Under the pieces are notes generated by a model that made no database searches, was not told the DNA's origin, and worked only from the letters and a program-made list of their open reading frames with translations. From Tubulanus polymorphus (Eukaryota > Animalia > Nemertea), in the NCBI RefSeq assembly GCF_964204645.1, contig NC_134030.1, positions 17,360,110 to 17,424,109 on the forward strand: 64,000 nt of DNA, written 5' to 3'. Numbering within the stretch: the stretch's first letter is position 1; every line of letters starts with the position of its first letter. Below, piece by piece: positions 51,372-64,000 of this stretch. The position numbers were made by a program, and so were the translations under genes.

Positions 51372-54184
51372 ATATAGCTGCTAAGCAGCGATGACGGGTT
51401 TTCTGCAGAGCCATTCAGAATGATGGGAATTGTAGTAAATTGAAATGCCGATACATAGAATGAAATGCATTGACAGATTCGAACCTAATATGCAACCACT
51501 GTGTAAAAGGTCAAATATGATTCAGCTTTGAAACCGAACATACGCGGGCGTACAATCAACAAATATGAATTTATTTGACCAGGCATTTTTTTGGCATTCA
51601 AACATCATGATACTGTTTTATCACCATGCTTAACTAAGGGTCCAGGGACACCATGCCCACTTGGGAAGTGGTTTCAAATGCTCAACAATCTAACAATTTC
51701 GATATTCAACGCCCCCTGGTGACCATATACAAAAACAAATGACCTTGAAACTCACCACAATCATAGAACATGTCATATGCAACGATTTTGTAATTGATTG
51801 TGATAACAAAATATTCTCGTTACCAATTTAGTATGGTAATACTAAGTTATTCTACAATTCAACGCCCCCTGGTGCCCATATTCAAAACCCAATGACCTTG
51901 AAACTCGCCACAATCATAGAACATGCCATGAACTACAACTTTGCAATTGATGATGTTAACAAAATATGCCTAGGCACCAATATAATAAGGAAATAAGTTA
52001 TTCTACTATTCAATGCCCCCCCCCTGGTGACCATATAGAATAACTAATGTCGTTTGAACAGACCACAATCATAGGCGATGTCATGAGCTACAACTTTGCA
52101 ATTGATTGTGGTAACAAAATATGCATTGGTACAAATATAATATAGAAATACTAAGATATTATATTATTCAACGCCCCTTGGTGGCCATATAAAAACACTA
52201 ATGACCTTGAAACTCACCACAATCATAGAAAACCTTATAATCTACAACTTTCTAATTCATTGCGGTACCAAATATGCTAAGGTATCAATATAATGTCGAA
52301 AAACTTTTTCCCACCGAATGAGTACCGATAACACCAAGATGGCCGCCAATTGCGTCATAATTGGCTGATCAAATATACCTACCTCAGGTATAAACCATCC
52401 CTTTCCAAAGAATACCCATCAGCAATTGCAATGACAAATGGCAAATCAGTAGGAAGCTAGAGGACTCAGAATTCGGACCTAAATTGACAATTTTGGGCAC
52501 TAAAAAGGTCATAGGACGGCCATCTGTAGTCCGATCGACCCACTTTTGTTATTCTTATGGGCCCTGGGGAGATTCAAATATATAGGAAAGATCAAGGTAA
52601 TTGATCAAAGCGTCTTCAAAATTTCCCTCAAAAAGTTCAAAAACGTATAAAAAGTGCTGATTTTGGCAAACAACAATGGCTGCCAGTCGGCCATCTTGAT
52701 TCTGACAGGGCCAGTTTTTGGACTGAAGATGTGTCTAAGGTAGATACATGTGTAACCCAAATATCAAGACTTTACATAGAAGCGTCTTCAAAACTTCCCA
52801 AAATAACTGGATTCCGTCTACGGACGGACGTACGACGGACGAAAATTGAACGCAATAGCTCGTTGGGACTAAAGTCCCATGTGGGCTAAAAATGGATCTG
52901 TCCTATTATGAACTCATCTTTAGCACCTGCTGAGTCGATAGATTGAGTGAATTTACAGATAAAAACGTATTATGATTTGGAATAGATTTAAGAAGATAAT
53001 CTATTTATTGAAATATTTGAATAAATACATATATTGTAGTGTAGATTCAATCAATAAATTATGAATGGATTTGGTCTGGGTTTCCGCCTGATGTTGATTT
53101 TGGCCTTTATGGAATTACAAATTCTAAAGTGATAAACAATTTATACCTGCAACATGTGTGTAAATCAAACCTATCCCACTAGTTGCGTGTGTTTCCTAAT
53201 AAACGGGAGAGTTACTCTTGATCTGAGTTATTAGAAAAATAATGTTCATATATTTATAGAAATTTATTGCCTTTTTGAAAATTCTATAATAATATTTGTT
53301 CTGTCCTAATTTTTATGACCGTATGAACCAATGATATGCTATGTAAATATGATGTAATAAAATAAATTTGAATTTGAATTAAATTTGAATATGAGAATCA
53401 AGCATAACTTGTGTCTTTTCAACTTGTCTTACTTGTCTCTTGTTAACAGTTCCAGAGTTTCGATTACAATCAAATCCAAATTGGCTAAAAAGTATATAAG
53501 ACTAAATGAAATGAACTGTTAGTCACCGCAAAGGTTATGGCTGTTCGAATATCACGGATACCGGATACCGGACACCTAAATACCGGATACCGGATATTCG
53601 AGATTGCGGAGTATATAGCGCATCGGGTCTAAGGAGTCATTTTTTCAAAAGTAAAACGCCCCCCTGGTGGGTGAACGGGGTCTCCAATCAAAGATCCTTA
53701 GACTTACCTTGAGGTACCTGTGTTCCGTACAACTCACAAAAGTTTCAAGTAAATCCGTCAGGGAATATTGTAATGCTAGCAGAATATAGTCATCCAGGCT
53801 CTCGCGTATAGATAGCTGCATTCATTAGCTCTATCTAGGGAAGTTACTGCAAGGATGCTATTGCTTGTATGCGGCATAAACAAGGCTATAAAAATTCCTC
53901 AGTTGCGTTCACTCGAGACTGGCCACATTCAGTGCGCCTCATATATAGTAGCATAGATAAAAAATACTAAAAAACTACAGATCTAGTACACAGCTCTATC
54001 ACTGCTTATGGGACACTGGCACAAACACACGTACTGACGCGCTGTGGGAATGACACATAGGCAATACACATATGTAGATGCATATCGGGCTTAAATTTCG
54101 ATGTTTAGAGGCTCACAGTGAGTAAACAGTGAAAGTAAGTTGCAGTTGTTTATATCCTTTCAGTAAGATCCAGTGTGAAAAAGA

Positions 54185-54236
<52 letters not shown>

Positions 54237-54900
54237 CAGCAGGAATACAATAGGGTTTCTGCGAAGGCAGCAGAAACCCTAATTATTATTATTATCATTA
54301 TTATTACTATTATTATTATTATTATTATTAATATAGCTGCAAAGCAGCGATAACGGGTTTTCTGCAAATCCGCACCATGCCATTCAGGTTGATAGGAATT
54401 ATTGGAAATTTAAATGCCGATACATGAAATATAATGTATTGACAGATTCGAACCTAATATACAACCACTGTGTAAACGTCCAATGTGATTCAGCTTTGAA
54501 ACCGAACTTACGTGGACGTAAAGTCTATAAATATGAATGGATTAGACCTAGCATTTATTTTCTATCACCACGCTTAAAAATGGATCTGTTCTATTAAGAA
54601 ACTCAACTTAAGAATCTGCTGAGTCAATAGGTGTTGAATACATTTACGGATATAAGAACGTATTAGGATTTAGAATAGATTTCAAGGAATTAATCTTTTT
54701 ATTGGAATATTTGAATAAATATATATATTGTATTGTAGATTCAATCGATAGATTATGAATTGCTTTGGTCTGGGTATCGGGCCAATGTTGATTTTGGCTT
54801 TTATGGATTACTGATTCTATACTGATAAACAATTTAAACCTTGCAACACGTGCGTAAATATCAAACCTATTCCACTAGTTAAGAAACTGTTAGTCACTGC
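51372..54900. mobile_element. Cluster of nested Helentron/HINE-like non-autonomous repeats
   Basis: Two copies start atatagctgc.aagcagcgat (51372 and 54331). An insert at about 51633-52890 has four units of about 153 bp, (GGAC)n and a terminal hairpin. (AAT)n plus a hairpin at 54187-54330. Confidence 0.6.
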
Positions 54901-54974
54901 AAACTATTCCAGTGTTATGTCGATCGTGTTAATCGCTTTGCTTCAGTTGAAAGAATCAGACCGTATATGGTATG

Positions 54975-57900
54975 TGTTGAGTTATGTTCTCAATTTACTC
55001 ATCTTAGTGTGAGAGATTGTTTATTGTTTATATACCGGGTGGATGCTGCATGTAACCAAGACACACATCTGTTTGTAATTATTCTTGCATCTCTTTGTAT
55101 TGTGGTTAAATAAAGATTAGTACGAGTCAGATAGTCAACGAAAGAAGACGTGTTATAGTTTCGCTGCTCAAGGATTTTCCCCCATCATGGAAGGACAAAA
55201 CTCAACAGGTTATGGGCCCAGGGCACCAGCTGGACGCTATGGTCGACTTTATTACGATGGGGATGAAAGAAAATACGAACAATGGGAGGCAAAGTTTTTG
55301 GCTTAAATGAAAATACAAAAACTTAAAGCGGTAATTACCCAAGAAGCGGAAATTGATGATACGGACCTGGATTTAGTCGACAAAAATGAACAGGCGTACG
55401 CAGAACTCATACAGCTACTTGACGACAGGAGTCTGAGCCTGGTAATGCGTGAAGCTGCAGATGACAGTCGAAAAGCATTAGCGATTCTGCGACGTCATTA
55501 CCAAAATGAGGGAAAACCGAGGATCATTTCTCTTTATACGGAACTGACCTCACTAGTCATGAAGCCAAGTGAAAGTGTGACGGACTATATAATCCGCGCA
55601 GAAACGGCAGCAACAGCTTTAAAAACTGCCAAGGAGAACATAAGCGATAGCTTATTAATCGCGACGGTCCTAAAAGGTTTGGCGGATAGTTATAAACCTT
55701 TTGTGGCGATAATCACGCAGAAAGACGATGCCCAAACGTTCTTGGACTTTAAAAACGCCCTCAGAAGATTTGAGGAGACCGAAAAAGCGAGGAAAGATAC
55801 GGCAGAATCATCAGATGATCATGTGATGAAAAACAGTTTCCCCGCCAAAAATGTCAAGGACAGTCAAAATAGCGGGAATAGTAGTGGCCCTAAGTGTTTC
55901 AGATGTGGAAAGATTGGGCATTACAAAAAGGACTGCTACGCAAAATATTGTTCTACATGTAAGTCCAATACCCATAGTGATGAAAATTGTCGCGCACAAA
56001 ACCGCGGGAAAAACAACGGTCGAAAAGATAGATTTCATCGAGCGAAAGATGACGCCCGATCATCAGATGACGACGGTAACGAACATTCATTCTCATTTCT
56101 ATATAAAGCTGGGTGTGATCATAGAAAAATTCCTGATGTGAAATCTCAAAATATGCACATCCCGGTGAATGAAGATGCCCTGAAATCGTGTTCGAGCCGA
56201 AAGAAGAATTCAGATGATATGTTGGTGGATTGTGGAGCTACGTCTCATATACTTACGGACTTTGGATTATTCACGAAATTTAATGAAACATTTGTGCCGG
56301 AAAAACACACAATTGAACTGGCTAATGGAGAGCGCTCAACAAATGTGGCCGAAAAATGTGGAGATGCAGTAATTAATTTGAAAAACTCTGACGGAATAAA
56401 CGTGAAATTCGAACTCAAAGATGCTCTGTATGTCCCGAGTTATTCGCAGGACATTCTATCCGTTCGCGCTGTGACAAAAGAAGGAGCAACAGTCACATTC
56501 CGTCCCGAGAATGCAAATCTCAAGTTCAAAGGTAACATTTTTAACATTCATATGTCAGATAGATTGTATTATCTTAGTAGTGTGGATCAAAATGATTGTG
56601 ATTATGTTAGCATCACTCGTGACCTTCAAAGTTGGCACGAGGTCTTAGGTCATTGTAATTATGAAGATGTAATTTCATTAGAGCATGTAGTCGATGGTAT
56701 GAAAATCAAAGGTGTCACAAAAATCCCCGATGGTTGTATTGTGTGTACTATGGGAAAGCAAACGTGTGGTCGGAGTAGAGAGGCAAGGGCTAAATCCAAA
56801 GCTCCCCTAGATTTAGTGCATACTGATTTGGCAGGGCCAATTGAACCGGTATCCACTGAGGGATTCAAGTATGCGATTTCCTTTACTGACGACTATTCAG
56901 GGGCTGTGTCTGTATATTTCCTAAAAGCAAAAAGTAACACGACTGAGGCTACGGAAAAATTCCTGGCTGACATGGCACCCTTTGGTAAGGTAAAAAGGTT
57001 GAGATCAGACAGAGGGTCAGAATTTCTGTCTAATTCATTCAAGTCACTTATGAGTAGAAATCGCATAAGACACGATACCAGCGCCCCCTATAGTCCTCAT
57101 CAAAATGGTGTTAGTGAAAGGCATTGGAGAACACTATTCTCTATGGGTAGATGCCTGTTATTTCAGTCTGAGCTGCCAAAAGAAATGTGGCCGTATGCAG
57201 TTATGGCGGCAGGTTATATTAGATACAGGTGCTACAATAACCGGTTGAAAAAGACACCATTTCAAGCAGTCACAGGTAGAAAACCTAATGTGTCAAATAT
57301 GCAATCTTTTGGGTGCAGGTGTTTTGCCTACCAACAAAAGAAAACCAAGTTAGACTCAAGATGTGTTGAAGGTATTTTTGTAGGATATGATAAAAACAGC
57401 CCATCATATCCGGTGTATTTTCCTGAGACAAACAAAGTTCTGAGGTACAGGGTTGCGAAGTTTCACACCAAGAAGTTTGTAGAACAACAAACACAAACAG
57501 GTGCACATGATGATGATGTTTCTTTATGTGAGTTTCCAATAATCAAATCTGACACAAATAGCAGCTCAAATGGTTCCAAAGTTCAACCACAATTAACAAC
57601 TGTCAGTAACCAAGGGACCAGTAACTCACATGATGAAACTGATGAGTCGAGATACCCCAGGCGTAAGAGAAAGCCTCCTGCTTATCTCAATGACTATATA
57701 AGTGATTCAGATTTAGAAAGTTCATGTAACGATGACCATATGTTATTTGTATCGGACTCAAATGTAGATTATTTGTGTAAGACTAAAGTTCACCCTGTGA
57801 ACTATAGTGAGGCAATAGCATCCCCTGAGGCACAGCAGTGGCACGAGGCAATGAAGGAAGAGATTAAATCCTTAAAAGAGAATGACACATACTCTTTATG

Positions 57901-59881
57901 TAAATTGCCAGAGGGTAAACATGCTGTGGGGGGTAGATGGGTTTACACAGTCAAAACAAAACCTGATGGATCAGAGCTGTATAAGGCAAGATATGTAGCC
58001 AAGGGCTATAGTCAAATTGAAGGGGTTGATTACAAGGAGACTTTTTCTCCTACTGCTAAACTCACATCTGTTAGAATCCTTATACAATTAGCAGCTCAAA
58101 ACAATTTGAAACTTGAACAAATGGATGTTAAAACAGCATACTTGAACGCCCCTATCGACTGTGAGTTGTACATGGAACAGCCAGAGGGCTTCAGTGTAAA
58201 ATCAAAAAGTGGTGATAAGTTGTATTGTAAGCTCAACAAATCTATGTATGGTCTAAAACAAAGCGGCAGAAATTGGAATAACTTGCTCCATGACCATTTG
58301 ATAGACCATGGGTTTGACCAAGGTTTAGTTGACCAATGCCTGTATATAAAATATGTAAATAATGAAATGGTGATTATGTTAGTATGGGTCGATGACGTCC
58401 TAATTGGTGCAAGTAGAGATGATTTAATGTTTAAAACTAAACAAATGCTGAGCGACAGATTTAAAATGAAAGACCTGGGGAATATCTCCTGGTTCTTAGG
58501 CATTGAATTCGAACAGGGTGACGGTGAAATAACAATGAGTCAGAAAATGTACATAAACAAAATCCTTGAAAATTCCAAATGTCTGATTGCAAACCAAGAA
58601 AGACCCCATGTGAACAAAAACTGTCATTTAATGAAAATGCGGAGCGATACGATGCTAAGAAATATAGGGAGTGCATTGGTAGTTTGATTTATGCAATGAC
58701 TTGTACTAGACCAGATATTAGCTATGTAGTAACCAAACTATCACAATATTTATCAAACCCAACAGTTGAACACTGGACGGCAGCAAAGCATGTGCTCCGA
58801 TATTTGAAAGGTACTAGTCATTACAAATTAGTGTATAGAAAGGATGAAAATGGGTTAAAACTCTCAGGTTATAGCGATGCAGACTGGGCATCATCTGCTG
58901 ATGATAGGAAGAGTGTTACGGGTTATTGTTTCAGTTTATCTGACCAGAGTGCATTGATATCCTGGAAATGTAGGAAACAGCCTACGGTAGCTTTGTCTTC
59001 GTGCGAATCAGAATATATGGCTTTAGCGGCGGCCACTAAAGAAGCTCTGTACTTATCCCAATTTCTAATTGAAATTGACCCCAACGGTAGCTACGCCCCA
59101 GTCACATTGTACGAGGACAACCAAGGCACTATCGCACTGGCCAAAAACCCCGTCAATCATCAGCGCTCTAAACATATCGACATACGATATCATTTTATTC
59201 TTACAGAGCAAAACAATGGCAAAATTGAAAGCATGTATTGTCCTACGGAACGAATGATAGCTGATGTTCTGACAAAGCCAGCAACAGATTTTAAGTTGAG
59301 AGAGTTTCATCCAAATATTTTTGGTTAGAAAAACTGCTTTGTTAAAAGTGTACCATATTAAACGGCATGTAAACATTGATGCTACACCCACAATGCTTAT
59401 AAACACGAAAGCACGTGTTTACTGTGTATAGGGATTTTGTAAATGTTGTCAATTATAGTATGCATGGTAATAGCGAACATTTTAAAGAGTAGAATATTGA
59501 CCATTTATGAAAGATGATTTAACCAATTACAGATGATTAGTTTTTGATATTTATCTGACGCAAAAGTTAGATTGCCAAATAATGAATATGTTATGAAATA
59601 TGAGTAATATGTATTTTAATAATCTATCAATTGAGAATCATGTGGGGGTGTTGAGTTATGTTCTCAATTTACTCATCTTAGTGTGAGAGATTGTTTATTG
59701 TTTATATACCGGGTGGATGCTGCATGTAACCAAGACACACATCTGTTTGTAATTATTCTTGTATCTCTTTGTATTGTGGTTAAATAAAGATTAGTACGAG
59801 TCAGATAGTCAACGAAAGAAGACGTGTTATAGTTTCTCTGCTCAAGGATTTTCCCCCATCATGGAAGGACAAAACCCAACA
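54975..59881 (+). mobile_element. Ty1/copia LTR retrotransposon, near intact
   Basis: 233-bp LTRs at 54975-55207 and 59649-59881 (3 differences); TSD GTATG; PBS GGTTATGGGCCCAG (tRNA-iMet half-molecule type); PPT tgtggggg. Confidence 0.97.
55187..59328 (+). pseudogene. gag-pol: copia gag-pol (Gag-PR-IN-RT-RH) with a premature stop at 55304 and one frameshift near 58570
   Basis: CFRCGKIGHYKKDC, LVDCGAT, WHEVLGH, HTDLAGP, RSDRGSEF, YKARYVAKGY, WVDD, YSDADW, KHIDIRYHF. Confidence 0.95.
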
Positions 59882-60364
59882 GTATGATGCAACATCGGTC
59901 GAAGAGAGTTGGTGTTGACTGACTGCCCTTGACCATTTATCTTCATGTGTTTGACATCAGCATATACCCATGAACTGCAAAATTTTCATAGAACATGAAA
60001 ACGTATATACATGTATACAGTATTCAAACTTTCACCGATGTTGGATATTTGATAAACATTGGCTTATTTCAATATTTTAAAGCAGGAAATAATAAGCCCA
60101 AATCAATAGGCCGTATTTCCATTGGTATAATGCGTTCAGCTGTACCGTACACTCATCTGTCGAAATTGGAGAAATCGGTATACCAAACCTACGTACAGCA
60201 AAATGTACAGGCCTACATAATGATTTCTTGTTTTCCTGTATACAAGCCGTGATCACACTAACGTTTTGGATCTAGGTTTGACTATAAATGTCAGGTCAGC
60301 AGACAAGGCCTGAGCAAAATTTAATCACATGGCTCAAATAGCCTTTCTGTGTGCGAATACTTTA

Positions 60365-60797
60365 AGGTAGGGGGACACACGAGCGTATTTCTTCACCCGG
60401 TCGCGACGATTAAATTTGCCAGTGAATTTGCCGCCGAATTTATACGCCCGATACAGCCCGAGTGGGCACAAGTAGCGATGAAACCGAAATTTGGTCAGCG
60501 ACCGGTACTTAGTGGAAGAGAGTTAACAACTTACATGATATCAACTATGCATCCTATTGGTTGATAAAAATGGATCGCGCGGCGGAATTCGCTGAGTACG
60601 AGCAGATGAGGGAGGGAATTTGCGGGCGATCCGATCGCCGGTGTAAATAATCGGTCGAAAATATTAAACATGTATGATACGGGCGATCGAGTCGGCGGAC
60701 GAAATCGTCGTCGCCGTGAATGGCCACACGAGCGATTTTTTTGGGCGATTTATAAATTCGCCGCGATCGGGTCAAAAACATACGCGTGCCCCTACCT
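60365..60797. mobile_element. PIF/Harbinger-like MITE
   Basis: AGGTAGGGGACAC...GTGCCCCTACCT flanked by TTA on both sides. Confidence 0.7.
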
Positions 60798-60862
60798 TTA
60801 TACTACATTGTTTTAATAATATCGAGGGAAAAGTAAATATACTGAATTAGATTTTAGGCTAG

Positions 60863-63800
60863 TGATCCGCAGCAAGATTTCGTAGTAGCTAAAAAATGTT
60901 TGTAATGTTGATTTCCTATATGCGTTGGTGGTTATTAATGGTTTCAGACAGCAAACGGAGTAAGATGTAGTAAGCAGGTTGTTGTTTGATGCTTTGATCT
61001 ATCAGCGCTGACCATAAATCCGCCTGGTGTAAAAATAATTTTTTCTCGGCTCTTCTGCTGCGATATCTGGCCAATATTCAGGAATCTTTTTATAAACTTA
61101 AGTATAGACGGAACCGTATTTGGTTGGGTCGGAACAATGGGTTGCATTAATAATGTGGCTGGTGGAAGGATCACGCTGTTACTTCATGATACTCCCGAGA
61201 ACTTTCTATAAAAAGAAAAACGGAAGTATGGGGAGACATTGTTGTTTTGCTTTATCCCGTATTGTAATAAAATTAGTATAACAGTTGTAGAATGATTTTA
61301 AGAATAGTAATTGATCACAATGTATTTCCGAATCAAAAGTAATCATGATAAGTTAAAAAGAAACGATGAGTTTGTACCGACGAATACTAAAGTTTCGAAA
61401 ATATATTTAATTTGAGTATTCTAGATGTTGATTAAGAACAAAGTCTCTATAATCGCTGAATTTTTAGGAAAATTAATTTGTGTTAAATGTTTATACTAGC
61501 TTTCTAAATTTTCTCTTGTTGTATACGTGAGTTGGTAATTCGCAAAGAGTAGCTGTTCTCTCAACGTTGATAAGCAAGGAGTGAGTAAATCATTCCGCGT
61601 CATGACAGGAGGGTTGGAAGGAAAAAGTTAGTTTAGCAAATCAGTTTCCCAAATAATTTTAGATCAGCGAATCAGTAAGGCTAAATTCTACATGACCAAA
61701 ACAGTCATGACAGTTAGGTTGCTGCTCCTTGCCAAAAGTCGAGTGGGAGAGTCGGTATTTTAAGAGTGCCGGTTCTTTCTATAAAAGGGACCCGCAGTTT
61801 TGGGAGAACAGACACTCAAAAGACACTCGAAAGTCACTCAATTTAGTTCGATTGGGAGGGGATAATTTGGACCTTGTTTAGAGAGTTTTGTTACTAACAA
61901 GAGTGTAGGCTAGGGATCATTTTAAGAGCTAGGATCTGGATTGTGTTAACTGGAGGATTCAGATTAATTACTAAGGTAAATAAATTCGTTTTACTACCGA
62001 TATATTCATTCAAATTTCCGGTATTTTAGTTCTTACTTGCACGGACACGTTCTCTCGCCAGGGACCGATCATCGCTTTTATTAATATACGACTAAGGAGA
62101 GGATTGTGACCGGTGTGTCACTGGTGCTGAAACCCCGTGTATTGGTTAACATTGGTGCCGAAACCCCGTCTGTTGGTTAACGTTGATGCCGAAATCCGGT
62201 CTGTTAATTATTATTAGTGCCGAATCTCGTACTTTTAATCTGTTGTGCTGTAACCTTTTATAGTGCTTATTCGTTATTGAGATGTGGGATTCGAACCCAC
62301 CAAACACACAATGATCTGAAATACTGGCAGGGTTTGTGAACCGTCGTGGGATTCAAACCCACCCCTGCATGCCCATGTGTAATACCGGAGGAGTGTCGGG
62401 GACCTCTGTGGGATTCTAACCCACACGCCATGCAGGTCGACACCGATGGGGCTGCAGTTCAGCCATTGAGGGGTTCGAACCCTCCTCCACCTTGTCTATT
62501 GCCAAAACCGTCCAGCCATGATGGGGGATCGAACCTACATCTCTTTTTTGGGTCAGAAATTTTTAACAATGTTATTTTAGATAAGTATTCGTTTAAAGAT
62601 ATACAATGTCGACAGGAGGTGGACGACGTACGGCGCGGGTGGCTCACGGGAACGACCAGCTGTAAGCTACGTCACTGTTCTGTAGACCCTCTCTGGCCTT
62701 CGCGAACAGGTGGACACAGCCATGGCGTTCATGAATTTCTCTATGCTCCCTAAATTTAGGGGACGAGACGACCAGTGCGTCTCTGATTGGTTCAAAGGAT
62801 TTGACCGTTTGGCCGATCTAAGGGGTTGGGACGATGACGCTAAAAAGAAACAGCTATATTGGTTTTTAGCTGGCCCAGCCTTAGTTCTATTTAATGACCT
62901 CCGCATTGATCAGGGAACCGCTGCGACCGGCGCTAAAATTGTCACTCCTTGGGACCATATTGTCCATGCATTTTGTACACAATTCAGCCCCACCTTGTGG
63001 GCCTTGGTCAAGGAGTCAGCCTTGACGACAATGCAACAGGGGGAAACGCAACCGGACGATAGTTTGCGGAGGAGATTGATCGTCTGGCCTCAAGTTTGAA
63101 ATTTTCAGACCATCAAAAAAGATGTTATTAATTAATAAGTCCCGCCCTGATATTTCTGTCTATTTGCTGTCACAGCGTCCTACGACCTTTAGGGATGCAT
63201 GGGAAGCAGCCAGAATGGCTGAACATATTGAACAACTAAATGCTCTGTCATCTCCCAAGGTATCGCAAATTGGGACCGAACCAAATAAGGCGATAGGAGA
63301 TGTCATGACTGAGCTACGGGACATGTTTCGCCAGATCATGGACATACAAAAATCATCCCGTACTCGGCGAAATGATACAGGGACCTCCTATAGTGAGAAC
63401 CGTCCATCACAAAGGTCACAAGATGGGCAGGTGGTGTGCTATCAATGTCACGCCCCCGGTCATTACGTCAGGAATGTCCATCTTACGACCAACAAAGGTC
63501 ACGGGTCTCGCCAAACCGGGATGCATTTCAGCTTGATAACCACCGTCCCCAAAATTCTGGTAGGGGTCAGTTTCGGTCATAGAATCTTGGGCGTGGTTCC
63601 CAAGGGGTTAATCGAACATTTGGTCAGGGAAACGACCGGAGACCTCATCCTATGGACCGACAAGGATGGGGTCGCGAAATGGATAGTCAACAAAGCCGTT
63701 GCCCGATGGGGCGATAAGGAGTGATTTTTGGTGGGACGACTCATATTCGGGGTATCATAGATTTGACAATGACAGTTCAGTAATTGACGATTATATTTTT

Positions 63801-64000
63801 GATGATGTTGATGATTATTTTGAGGACGATAGGGATGATATATTGTCATTTGATCAAGGCGACATGCTAGCTGACTCATTATCTCTTTATTTTGAACCTG
63901 AGGGGAACTGTAATGCAGATTACTTATATGACAATGAATCTTTACATTTAGATAAGTTTATTGGTTATCACCCTCCTTCATGGGGTGCCGATGACGTTTA
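60863..64000 (+). mobile_element. Family A variant running off the window: LTR 60863-62120, four PBS units, T-arm array, frameshifted gag, acidic ORF
   Basis: LTR homologous to 41075-42353; gag at about 62600-63720; ORF c absent. Confidence 0.92.

Noticed and set aside
54129-54353. Poly-Asn/poly-Ile ORF
   Set aside because: It is a translation of (AAT)n and (ATT)n microsatellites.

Overview
Moderately AT-rich eukaryotic DNA, probably from an invertebrate animal, made almost entirely of nested transposable elements. No host gene is recognisable. Main contents: (i) a Ty3/Gypsy-type family A, with one young full-length but RT/RNaseH/integrase-deleted copy (41075-50251, 1279-bp LTRs, ATAC TSD) and partial copies at 22283-25452 and 60863-64000; (ii) a decayed relative B with gag, RT/RNaseH and env-like remnants (about 1.3-7.3 kb, minus strand); (iii) a BEL/Pao element (31275-37487); (iv) a near-intact Ty1/copia element (54975-59881); (v) a Penelope-like fragment with a hammerhead motif, several MITEs, Helentron-like repeats, a 38-bp minisatellite and a very AT-rich virus-like gene cluster next to a 340-bp hairpin. 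The most unusual system is the family A leader. Between the tRNA-Phe PBS and gag lie three accessory ORFs. Two carry arrays of antisense tRNA T-arm (B-box) hairpins with co-varying stems, and the third carries three CtBP-type PxDLS motifs. The LTR U5 also has a tRNA-Phe-complementary motif, and one copy has a fourfold tandem PBS. All alignments and counts were done by eye.
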